A stretch of 64,000 nucleotides of DNA from Deltaproteobacteria bacterium (GTDB lineage: Bacteria; Myxococcota; B64-G9), in assembly GCA_019314375.1 (NCBI GenBank), contig JAFCZJ010000002.1, forward strand, positions 6,904-70,903. The letters are read 5' to 3'. The translations under genes and the position numbers were made by a program. Each line of letters starts with the position of its first letter. Position 1 is the first letter of the stretch. Below the pieces are notes generated by a model, which was not told the DNA's origin, ran no database searches, and saw nothing but the letters and a program-made list of their open reading frames with translations. Of the stretch, positions 46,108 through 57,030 are shown piece by piece.

Positions 46108-49100
46108 CTAGTCGATGACCTTGACCAATTCGTCGAAGAGTTTTTTGTGTTCCTTGAGCTTCTTCTCGTTGCCGTAGACGCAGATCACGCTGTTTTTTAG
46201 GAAATCTTCCATCATTTTAGAAAATGAGCGGATGTCCTCTTTGCGGGTGACCAGGATTTCGTCACGGGTTTTTTGAAGGTCCGCCTGGCTGATTTTGTGG
46301 AGATAGAGGGACACGGCGGCTCGGCCTTTCTGGGAGGCCGTCTTTGGGCGGTCACGCCGGGAGATGGTGCCGATGATGTATCGGGTCATCTCGGTTTCGG
46401 AGGCGTCGAATTTCTTCAGGTAGTCGATCGTGTTGTCGTAAGTTTTTAATGTTTTTGCCAAATGCGGATCCCGGTAGGAGGCCAGGTAACTGAGTCCGCT
46501 GCGGCCGAAGGCCGACCAGGCCCCGTAGGCACCCGCTTCGACCCGGATTTTTTGGGTCAGGTAGTCCCGGCTGAGAATTTGGCTGAGCACCATCAGTTGG
46601 CCGCTGTACGCATGACCCAGGTCCCGGAAATTGGCCCCTTTGACAACGTATTGCACCTTGGAGGCCGAAAGCAGTCCTTCGTTTTTCTTATCCTGGGCGA
46701 AATCATATTTTTGGGGCTCAAGCTTCCTCGTGCCCAACTGGGCCAGGAAGCCCGGCATTTTTGCCTCAAAGACCTTGTAGTCTTCGGCCGAACAGGTCAC
46801 CCCGATGATTAAATTTTGCTTGTTGAACAAGAGCCCGGCGACCATTTCCAGATCGGCCATCAAATTGGTGGCGTTCTTGTCGAAATCCTTGGCCAGTTGC
46901 GAGACAAAGTGGATGTGGGTCAAGCCTCTGGTCAGCTCGTCGTAGCGTCCGACCTGGGAGAGATAAGAAGCAAGCCTCGTGGTGGCCAGGCTGTTGCCGT
47001 TTCCGCGGGCCGCGGACTGAAGATCGGAATTTCGCTCGTTGATGACTTCTTTGAGTCTTTTGATGTTGTCGAAGCGGGTTTGGGTGATGATCTCGCCGAT
47101 CAACTCAGTGAGCTTTTCGAACTTGGGGGTCAGAACCTTGGCGCTGGCCACAAGCTTGGGGTGGTAGGCCTTGCCATCCTTAATGTCCAGATAGGACTGC
47201 AGGCTGAAATTCAGACCGCCTGTGTGAATGTTGAGCTGTGTGTCGGCCTCCCCGTAGTCGTACTTGGCCGTGTCCAACTTGGACAAGAGGCTGACGAGCA
47301 GCTTGGCGTGCGGGATCAATTCCTGGGGTACGGTCTGGGCGTCGAAGAGAAGCTGCAGGTAGATGATGCCGTTGGTGGAATGCTCAAAGTGGAGGACCTG
47401 GGTGCCATCCATCGAGCGCTCGGCCAACTCGATTTTTTCTTCCTGCTTGTCCAGGTCAGCCAAAGACAGCATGGGGATCTTGGCAAGGTCTTCCGGCTTG
47501 TCCGGCCTGGTTTGGTAGGCCTTCAGCTCCTGGGTCTGCTTGACCAGGGCTTCGATTTCCTTGTCCGAAAACGATGTTTTGATCTTGAGCAGTTTGTCCT
47601 TGCGCTTCTTGTTGTATTCGTCTTCCATGCCGGGCTTGGGTGTCAGCACGGTCAAGAGGCGGTGGGGGTTGTTGAGCAGGTGTTTTTCTATCAGGCTTTC
47701 CAAGTAGTTGGAATCAAGGGCCTTCCGAATTACGGAGAGATGGTCTTCGTAGGCAAGTGTTTTGATGGGATCATCTGCAAACATCCAAGTCTGCAAGGCG
47801 ATGTAGCCGTAGACCAGGCCCTTGGCCATGCCGCCAAAGTCCGCCTCCCGCAAGTTGAACTCCTTACGGTTGATCACGCCCTCGATGTCTTTTTTGTCGA
47901 GGCCTTCTTTGACCACGCGCTTGAGGGTGTCAAAGACCACCTGCTTGAACTTGTCTTTGTCTTCGGGGTTGGCGTTTTTGGCCACGATCGAGAACACGCC
48001 TTGTTTGATGTCGTCGTAAGTCGCATAAACGTCCTTGCCGATTCCCGCATCGAGAAGCGCTTTGCGCATCGGCGAGGCCGGCAGGTCGACCAGCACCTCG
48101 GAGAGAACATCGAATGACATGCAGAGCCCGGGATCGGCGCTTGTGCCTGCCACAAAGTCGAGAGAGAGGTAGGTCTTGTCCTGGGTGCTCTCCGAGCTGG
48201 CCACCGGGTACTCTCCGCTCAGCTCCTTGGGTGCTTGAAATGGTTTTTGCAAAGCGATGCTTGTATCGGCCTTGGACTTGTCGAATTTGGACAGGTAGTT
48301 GTCGTTTATGAATTTCAGCTCCTCTAAGAGGTCGCCGTCACCGTACAAACCGATGTAGCTGTTTGACGGATGGTAGTACTTGCGGTGGAAGTCGAGAAAG
48401 GTTTTTTGGGTGAGTTCGGGGATTGCCTCCGGGTATCCGCCGGAGGAATAACCGTATGGGCTGTCTGGAAACAACTTTTTTGAAATGATGTAGGCAAGCA
48501 TCTGGCCGGGAGACGAAAAGGCACCTTTCATTTCGTTGTAAACGATGCCGTTGTATTTCAGCTCGGCGTCCTTGTTCTCCAAGCTGTAATGCCAGCCCTC
48601 CTGGGCGAAGATCTTGGGCTCGTCGTAGATCATCGGGTTGAGCACCGCGTCTAAGTAGACGTTCATCAGGTTGAAGAAGTCCTTGCGATTGCGACTGGCC
48701 ACCGGATACATGGTCGAATCCGACATGGTGAAGGCGTTCAGATAGGTGTTCAAAGAGCCCTTGACCAGGATATCGAAGGGGCTCTTGACCGGAAACTTTT
48801 TGGAGCCGTTGAGCACCGAATGCTCCATGATGTGCGGAATTCCGTAATCCCCGTTTGGGGGCGTCTTGAACGAAATGGAGAAGACCTTGTTGTCGTCGTC
48901 GCACTCAAGTTTCATCAACCTGGCCCCGGTCTTTTCATGCTCGAAGATTTTCGCTCGGGCCCCGATTTCCTTGATCTCTTGATCGCTAAGAAGTTTGAAT
49001 CCGTGATAGCTCATACCAACCTCCAAGTCAGCGGATCCTGCCTGAACCACAGCCGGTTCCGGCCAGAACCCGAGCAGCAGAAAAATCGCTATCGTCGTGA

Positions 49101-49116
49101 ACGTCATATTTTTCAT
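46108..49116 (-). CDS. Peptidase M16C (presequence protease/insulinase family) with signal peptide
   Basis: Inverted zinc motif HIMEH; LNAFT, GIVYNEMKG, YHPSN, KIRVEAGAYGA, SYRDP. Confidence 0.95.
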   Translation of the reverse strand: MKNMTFTTIAIFLLLGFWPEPAVVQAGSADLEVGMSYHGFKLLSDQEIKEIGARAKIFEHEKTGARLMKLECDDDNKVFSISFKTPPNGDYGIPHIMEHSVLNGSKKFPVKSPFDILVKGSLNTYLNAFTMSDSTMYPVASRNRKDFFNLMNVYLDAVLNPMIYDEPKIFAQEGWHYSLENKDAELKYNGIVYNEMKGAFSSPGQMLAYIISKKLFPDSPYGYSSGGYPEAIPELTQKTFLDFHRKYYHPSNSYIGLYGDGDLLEELKFINDNYLSKFDKSKADTSIALQKPFQAPKELSGEYPVASSESTQDKTYLSLDFVAGTSADPGLCMSFDVLSEVLVDLPASPMRKALLDAGIGKDVYATYDDIKQGVFSIVAKNANPEDKDKFKQVVFDTLKRVVKEGLDKKDIEGVINRKEFNLREADFGGMAKGLVYGYIALQTWMFADDPIKTLAYEDHLSVIRKALDSNYLESLIEKHLLNNPHRLLTVLTPKPGMEDEYNKKRKDKLLKIKTSFSDKEIEALVKQTQELKAYQTRPDKPEDLAKIPMLSLADLDKQEEKIELAERSMDGTQVLHFEHSTNGIIYLQLLFDAQTVPQELIPHAKLLVSLLSKLDTAKYDYGEADTQLNIHTGGLNFSLQSYLDIKDGKAYHPKLVASAKVLTPKFEKLTELIGEIITQTRFDNIKRLKEVINERNSDLQSAARGNGNSLATTRLASYLSQVGRYDELTRGLTHIHFVSQLAKDFDKNATNLMADLEMVAGLLFNKQNLIIGVTCSAEDYKVFEAKMPGFLAQLGTRKLEPQKYDFAQDKKNEGLLSASKVQYVVKGANFRDLGHAYSGQLMVLSQILSRDYLTQKIRVEAGAYGAWSAFGRSGLSYLASYRDPHLAKTLKTYDNTIDYLKKFDASETEMTRYIIGTISRRDRPKTASQKGRAAVSLYLHKISQADLQKTRDEILVTRKEDIRSFSKMMEDFLKNSVICVYGNEKKLKEHKKLFDELVKVID

Positions 49117-49165
49117 GGAGTTTTCCTCCCAGGAAAAACGAGCATGGTCAATTTGTTGCTCAAGT

Positions 49166-52042
49166 CTACGGGGACAGGGTGAGCGTCAGGTCAAAGAGCC
49201 CGCAGCTTTCGTAAGAGTCGGCGATGACATAATAGGTCCGCGACTGGGCTTCGTTGTTGGTGAACACAACGCTTTCCGGCGAGTCGACACTCAGATCTCC
49301 ACCCACCACGCAGAGTGCGCCGTTCAGATCGCCGCAGTCGGTGGTGACCCACAGGGCCGCGTCGAACTCATCAAGAGGCGTCATGACGAGGGTGGCGGTG
49401 GTCTGGGCCGGTAACTCCATGGAGTACACCCGTTCAAATGACAAGGTGTCATAGCCGGTACAGCTTGAGTCTTGCAGGCCCATGGCGTCATATACTTGGC
49501 TGCCGCCGCAGCCGTCGGCCCTGCTTATGCCGGCCTCGGTGAGGATTTCTGCCTGGCAATCGAAGACTTCACAAAGCGAGGTCTGGGGATTCCAGGCAAA
49601 GCCGACTTCGCAGGCGCAGACGTAATTGATATCGACCGCCCAGCAGGCACCGGTGGCGTGTTCCACAGCGGCGCAAGGATCAGCGCTGCAGGGCGAGTCT
49701 TCGCAATCGAGGCTTTCGGGATTCCAGACGAAGGTGTCTTGGCACTCACAGTAGAAGTCGTCATTAATGCCAACACATTCACCCGTGGCGTGGGTGAGCG
49801 AGGCACAAGGATCGTCGAAGCAGCTGTTCAACCAGCAACTGCCGAACTCCTCGCAGCGCATTTCTCCGGTATCATTACAACCGCTGAAGTAACAGTCATG
49901 GATGCTCAGGCAGGCAGAGATGTCCCCCATGCTGCCCAGGCCACCCGTGCACTCATATCCCGGCCGGCAATCGACATCATCAGTGCAAGCCTGATAACAG
50001 AAGGCAACGCCCTCATGGAGAAAACCAACGCTTCCTGCATCGCCGGTGCAAGGTTGATACTCGGCCACGAAGTCCGGGCCGGCCTCTTGAATGCAAAGAC
50101 CGCCGGTGGCAAATTCGCAAAGGGTGTCCTCACCCGGGATACCGGTGCCAGGGCAATCCGCATCTTTTTCGCATTCGCCACCCCAGGCGGCATCTGGGGG
50201 ATAGCAGTGGTTGACCGACTCAACGAATCCCGCATCCACGCATCCAGAGCAGATGGCGCAGTCTCCGTCGCAACCGCCGTTCGGCGAGCAGTTCTGGTTG
50301 CGGGTGTTTTCGCAGTCGAGCCAGGCGCAGTCATCGGAAACACAGCTTCGGCTGTCGAGGTCGGCATGCTGGCCTTGCATGCAGTCGCACCAGCCATACT
50401 CCGTGGCACAGTAGCCGGTCTCGCCACACTGGGCGTTGTCGGTGCAACCTGGCCAACAGGCGCCGGGCCCCCCGACATCGTGACAGTCATAGCCATCCCG
50501 GCATTCAGATTCATTCGGGGCGCATTCAGAAAGACATAAGAAGATCATATTGCCCACATCGACACAGAGTGAGTTTCCGGGGCAAGAGATCGGATCCATC
50601 GGATCGCAGTCGTTGGTGCAGAATCCGCCAGGAAAGCCATAGAGGGTTTCGTTCAGGCACCAGCCTATGTCGCAGTCAAGATCCAGCACGCAGGCCTCGC
50701 CGATGTTCGGTAGGGGCAGGGTCTGAGTTTGGCCGGTGGAGCCGGTTTTGATAAGCCAAGAATCTTCAGCGCCGGCACCCCATGATTTGGTATAGCCGGA
50801 GAAGATAAAGCCCTGGTCGAGAGCCTGATCTACCGAATACAGGCCGTCGGCCAGGTCGCCTCCAAAGATTTCCCGCCATTCGATGGTTCCGTCCGCATGG
50901 GTTTTGACGACGATGCCGTCGGTGTTGCCTCCGGTGAAGGAGTGCAGGCTTCCGGCCATCAGATAACCTTCGTCCTGGGTTTGGATTATGTCGAAGCAAT
51001 ACTCGTGGCTATCATCCCCGTGGGTCTGAACCCAGTCCTCGTTGCCGTCGGCGTCGGTTTTGACCATCCAGAGATCGCTTTGGATTTCTCCGGAATACGA
51101 GTAGCTGGCGCCGCAGAGTACAAAGCCGCCGGCCGAAGAGGCGATCACTGAGTTGCCGTAGTCGTTGGCGGAACCACCGTAGGTCTTGCTCCATTGTTCG
51201 TTGCCGGCTGCGTCGATTTTGACCAACCAGCCGTCTTGCAGGCCCGCTCCGGATGAGTTGGTGTTGCCGGCCAACAAATAGCCGTCATCGGCTGTCTGGA
51301 TGATGTCGAAGAAGTAGTCGTGACCGGCTCCGCCGAAATTCTTGGTCCACAAGATTTCGCCCTGGGGGTCGAGTTTGTGCACCACGCCGTCGTAGCTGAT
51401 CGTGTCGAGTGCAAATTCTTTTCCGCATACCAGGATGTTTCCGTCCCGGTCCACCAGGAGGCCCCGGGCCTCTTCGTCTTCGTCTCCTCCGATGGTTTTT
51501 CGCCAGAGCTCAGCGCCTTCGCTGTCCGTGCGAATCAGCATCATGTCGGAGCCTTCGCCCTGGACAAAGGCGTAGCCCGCCATGATGAAGCCGTTTTCGT
51601 AGCGCCTCAGGGCTTTCGCGGAGGCTCCGGTGCCTCCCTCATAGCTCTGGGTCCAAATTGCTTCGCCGTCGTCATCGACCTTCATGAGCAAGAAGCCGGC
51701 ATGGCCGCCAAGGCTGTCGGTGGAACCGGCGAAGACATAGCCGCCAGTGTCCAGGGCCAGCACGGCAAAAGCGTAATCTTCCAAGGCATCGCCGTAAGTC
51801 TTCATCCAGGTTTTGAGGGAGGGGCCGTCGCCGCCGTCCGTGGCCAGATCACCGCCCGCGTCCTGTGCAGCGTCCTGTGCAGCATCCTGTCCCGCATCCT
51901 GCCCCGCGTCCTGTCCCGCGTCCTCATCCGCGGCATCGACTTGGCCGGAATCAGGATTGTCGGCCGCGTCACCACATGCGGACAGGACCAAACCCGCAAT
52001 GAACAGCATCAATATTGAAATCTTGAAGGATTTTAGGTGCAT
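49166..52042 (-). CDS. Lipoprotein with beta-propeller repeats, Cys-rich/EGF-like modules and C-terminal beta-sandwich
   Basis: AGGAG RBS before ATG52042; lipobox LSAC; QDAG linker; seven W.KTYGG...D.....T.DGGY-type repeats. Confidence 0.8.
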   Translation of the reverse strand: MHLKSFKISILMLFIAGLVLSACGDAADNPDSGQVDAADEDAGQDAGQDAGQDAAQDAAQDAGGDLATDGGDGPSLKTWMKTYGDALEDYAFAVLALDTGGYVFAGSTDSLGGHAGFLLMKVDDDGEAIWTQSYEGGTGASAKALRRYENGFIMAGYAFVQGEGSDMMLIRTDSEGAELWRKTIGGDEDEEARGLLVDRDGNILVCGKEFALDTISYDGVVHKLDPQGEILWTKNFGGAGHDYFFDIIQTADDGYLLAGNTNSSGAGLQDGWLVKIDAAGNEQWSKTYGGSANDYGNSVIASSAGGFVLCGASYSYSGEIQSDLWMVKTDADGNEDWVQTHGDDSHEYCFDIIQTQDEGYLMAGSLHSFTGGNTDGIVVKTHADGTIEWREIFGGDLADGLYSVDQALDQGFIFSGYTKSWGAGAEDSWLIKTGSTGQTQTLPLPNIGEACVLDLDCDIGWCLNETLYGFPGGFCTNDCDPMDPISCPGNSLCVDVGNMIFLCLSECAPNESECRDGYDCHDVGGPGACWPGCTDNAQCGETGYCATEYGWCDCMQGQHADLDSRSCVSDDCAWLDCENTRNQNCSPNGGCDGDCAICSGCVDAGFVESVNHCYPPDAAWGGECEKDADCPGTGIPGEDTLCEFATGGLCIQEAGPDFVAEYQPCTGDAGSVGFLHEGVAFCYQACTDDVDCRPGYECTGGLGSMGDISACLSIHDCYFSGCNDTGEMRCEEFGSCWLNSCFDDPCASLTHATGECVGINDDFYCECQDTFVWNPESLDCEDSPCSADPCAAVEHATGACWAVDINYVCACEVGFAWNPQTSLCEVFDCQAEILTEAGISRADGCGGSQVYDAMGLQDSSCTGYDTLSFERVYSMELPAQTTATLVMTPLDEFDAALWVTTDCGDLNGALCVVGGDLSVDSPESVVFTNNEAQSRTYYVIADSYESCGLFDLTLTLSP

Positions 52043-52233
52043 GAATATCTCCTGGATTCTTGGAGCAAGAAAAATGTTGCTTGGCATTATATCGCCTCCG
52101 GGTCTCAGGACACAAGAAGGCTTTTATTCGCCTTGGACAGGAGGTAAATTGTTTGCCTAGTTGACAAAGTGGGATGAAGACAGGCAGGAATAACATGAGA
52201 TTGCACACAGGGGTCGGAGAGAATGGTGGTCGC

Positions 52234-53304
52234 ATGAGGCATCTTGGTGTTTGCATTTGGGTTGTTGTTGGTATGTTTTCCTTGTCGTTCTTGGCGGCTT
52301 GCGGTTCTGAAGATGGCCCGGAGCCGCTTTGCCTTGAAGACGCGGAATGCGATGATGGCGACACCTGCACCGACGATATCTGTGACGCCGAGATTGGTTG
52401 CCGGAACATTCCCAACGAGGTGGTCTGCGACGACGACGATCCCTGCACCTCGGGCGATCGTTGCAGCGCCGGCCTTTGCAGTGGTCGGCCGGCGGATGTG
52501 GACCGGGACGGGGTCGTGGATCTGAAATGTGGCGGAGAAGACTGCGACGATCGGCGGGCGGGTGTGAACCCGCAGGCTGTTGAGGGCTCAACCCAGAGCA
52601 GTTGTCTGGATGGTCTGGACAACGATTGTGATGGGCTCATCGATGGCGAAGAGACCGCCTGCGCTCAGTTTCAGGACGAATACGCCGACGCTTTGGGCTT
52701 GACGGATAACTCTTTGAAGAATTGGTTGGAGAATCTTGTGGACCGTCATAGCAGCCTTGGCTACGAGGACGCCAAAGAGGAGATGTTCTCCTGGGTCGAT
52801 AACCAGGGTGGTCGAGTGCAGTGCGTGTATACCGGGGAGTGGGTCGAGACCTCGGGCATTCCGGTCAACGAGGTGATGAACACGGAACACACCTGGTGCC
52901 AAAGCTGGGGGGCGGACAGCGAACCAGCCCGTAGTGATCTGCATCATCTGTTTCCCACCATGATGGTGGCCAACTCGGTGCGCGGCAATCTGGATTTTGG
53001 CGAGGTGGTGGAGCCCAATTGGAGCGTCGGCGGCAGCCTGCGAGGGAATGATTATTGGGGGTATCGGGTTTTCGAGGCCAGGGACGAACACAAGGGCAAC
53101 GCGGCCAGGGCCATTTTCTATTTCGCCATCCGCTATGATTACCCCATCGGCGCTCGCATGGAACTCGTGCTTCGCGATTGGCATGCACTCGATCCGCCGG
53201 ACGAAAAAGAGCTTCAACGTGTCGATAATATCGAAGTGCTGCAGGGCAACCGCAATCCCTTCGTCGATCGGGTGGGTTTCGTCGACCGGATCTCGGATTT
53301 TTAA
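52234..53304 (+). CDS. Lipoprotein with endonuclease I family (His-Me) domain
   Basis: Lipobox LAAC; Cys/Asp stalk; NTEHTWCQSW, SDLHHLFP, N..RGN, KGNAARAIFYFAIRY, QGNRNPFVD; start inferred. Confidence 0.92.
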   Translation: MRHLGVCIWVVVGMFSLSFLAACGSEDGPEPLCLEDAECDDGDTCTDDICDAEIGCRNIPNEVVCDDDDPCTSGDRCSAGLCSGRPADVDRDGVVDLKCGGEDCDDRRAGVNPQAVEGSTQSSCLDGLDNDCDGLIDGEETACAQFQDEYADALGLTDNSLKNWLENLVDRHSSLGYEDAKEEMFSWVDNQGGRVQCVYTGEWVETSGIPVNEVMNTEHTWCQSWGADSEPARSDLHHLFPTMMVANSVRGNLDFGEVVEPNWSVGGSLRGNDYWGYRVFEARDEHKGNAARAIFYFAIRYDYPIGARMELVLRDWHALDPPDEKELQRVDNIEVLQGNRNPFVDRVGFVDRISDF

Positions 53305-53320
53305 ATGGGAGGGTGATACA

Positions 53321-53812
53321 ATGGAAGAAAAAGAGATCGCGAACCAGGGTTTCATTCGACCGGCGCGTCAGGAAACCATCGAACAGTTTTGGGCCGCACG
53401 CTGGGGCATTCCCATCGTGACGCCGACTTGGATCTATCGTCCCGGTGACGTGGAGGGCCTGAGCCTCAGAGACGCGGAGGAGCGAGTCCTGGGGCTCATT
53501 ACCTGGAAAGTAAACGCGGCTCAGGCCGAGATCGTCAGTTTCGATACGGTGGAACACAGCCGCGGCTGGGGCTCTTTGCTCTTGCAGGCGGCCGAGGAAG
53601 AACTGCAAGCGGGTCAGGCTGAGTCGATTCGGGTATTCACCACAAACGACAATTTGCCGGGCCTTCGTTTTTATTTGCATCGGGGCTATCGGCTGGTCAA
53701 AGTGCACCTCGACGCCATGGATCATGTGCGCGAGATCAAGCCACGAGTGCCCACGGTGGGTCGACAGGGCGTGGCGATCAGGGACTTGTGGGAAGTGCAG
53801 AAGGCCCTATGA
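53321..53812 (+). CDS. GNAT-family N-acetyltransferase
   Basis: GGGAGG RBS; RGWGSLLL, TTNDNLPGLRFYLHRGY. Confidence 0.9.
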   Translation: MEEKEIANQGFIRPARQETIEQFWAARWGIPIVTPTWIYRPGDVEGLSLRDAEERVLGLITWKVNAAQAEIVSFDTVEHSRGWGSLLLQAAEEELQAGQAESIRVFTTNDNLPGLRFYLHRGYRLVKVHLDAMDHVREIKPRVPTVGRQGVAIRDLWEVQKAL

Positions 53813-53829
53813 ACAGTTTTGGAGGAAAG

Positions 53830-55926
<2,097 letters not shown>

Positions 55927-55939
55927 CTCAATGCGATTT

Positions 55940-56515
55940 TTAGCTTTGAATGCGTTTAATCAACCAGGCCATGTTTTCGCCCAGGGTCTGCATGGTTTCC
56001 ATCCCCTCAGTGTCTTGTTCTACTTCTCCCTGGTCGCGACCCAGGCCCAGATTCCAATAGCTTGAGCCCACGACCATCATCTGCGAGACGGTGAAAAAAT
56101 GGTTGATGGAGTTGAAGGTGTGGATGCCGCCGGCTCTTCGCATGGAGACCACGGCGGCCCCCGCCTTGCGTCTGAGCAGGTCTCCGTTGGCCCGGCATAC
56201 GTAACCGGTCCTGTCGATAAAGGCCTTCATTTCGCTTGTCAGATCAGAGAAGTAGGTGGGCGAACCCAGCAAGATGCCGTCGGCGTTCAGCATTTTTTGG
56301 ATGCAGTCGTTGATCAAATCACCAGGCAAAATACAGCGTGAGTCTTTGAGTTGTTTGCACTTTCCGCAAGCAGTGCAGCCGCGGATTAAGCGACCCCCCA
56401 GTTGCACTTTCTCGGTATCGATGCCCTCGGCTGCGATTGCGCTCAAGACCCGATCCAGCATACGACTGGTGTTTCCCTCGGGGCGTGGGCTGCCATTGAA
56501 TGCGACAACGCGCAT
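55940..56515 (-). CDS. Iron-sulfur flavoprotein (Isf-like, NADPH-dependent FMN reductase/flavodoxin family)
   Basis: NGSPRPEGNT, CTACGKC.....C, ADGILLGSPTYF, MKAFIDR; AAGGAGG RBS. Confidence 0.93.
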   Translation of the reverse strand: MRVVAFNGSPRPEGNTSRMLDRVLSAIAAEGIDTEKVQLGGRLIRGCTACGKCKQLKDSRCILPGDLINDCIQKMLNADGILLGSPTYFSDLTSEMKAFIDRTGYVCRANGDLLRRKAGAAVVSMRRAGGIHTFNSINHFFTVSQMMVVGSSYWNLGLGRDQGEVEQDTEGMETMQTLGENMAWLIKRIQS

Positions 56516-56758
56516 GATGTCCTCCTTTTCTTGAAGCGGATTCTACGCGCTTTCTTTATGGAGGCAAGCAAAAGAACTGAGGTAAATATGCCGCGCCCGG
56601 TGTGCGTTGAATTAGGAGGTTTCTCCTTTTTGATTCGAATTGCTGTGGTAAATATGCCTCGTTAGTGCTGTTTTTGTTTCCTGATAGGCCCTGCCAGGAA
56701 ATTGTCTTTTCCTTTGGAATCTATGGAGAAATACAGAAATCCGAGAGCTTTGTGATTG

Positions 56759-56775
56759 TTGGCACAGAAAGTGCT
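56759..56775 (+). promoter_or_regulatory. sigma54 (-24/-12) promoter
   Basis: TTGGCACAGAAAGTGCT: GG-N10-GC in an AT-rich intergenic region. Confidence 0.68.
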
Positions 56776-56785
56776 TATAAGTATG

Positions 56786-56973
56786 CCTGAAAGAGCTTGA
56801 AAGTATCTTTGAAAATTGAAATGCAGTTAGAGGAGTGACTCGTGTCTTTCGGTCCGTACGGTATCCCCCCCGCCTGCGGATCGGGGCGACAACTCCTCAA
56901 CCTTTATGAGCGCATTTGAGAATGGAAAGGCTTCCCCCCCGCCCGACCAATTTTGAGTGCGTTCTTTTTTTTT
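56786..56973 (+). ncRNA. Candidate small RNA with two C-rich-loop hairpins
   Basis: Hairpins 56830-56898 and 56908-56964, each carrying TCCCCCCCGCC at the apex; ten G.U pairs on the + strand; T9 at 56965-56973; 5' end inferred from the promoter. Confidence 0.68.
56908..56973 (+). terminator. Hairpin plus U9 tract
   Basis: GAGCGCATTTGAGA/TTTTGAGTGCGTTC stem immediately followed by nine T. Confidence 0.65.
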
Positions 56974-57030
56974 GCCTGATCGCGTTGATCGCTTCTTTTC
57001 ATTTTTGAAGGCTTGAAGCAATATGGACCC

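Noticed and set aside
56827..57021. 64-aa minus-strand ORF over the hairpins
   Set aside because: TTG start without RBS; its composition simply mirrors the T and C runs, and the G.U asymmetry favours a plus-strand RNA
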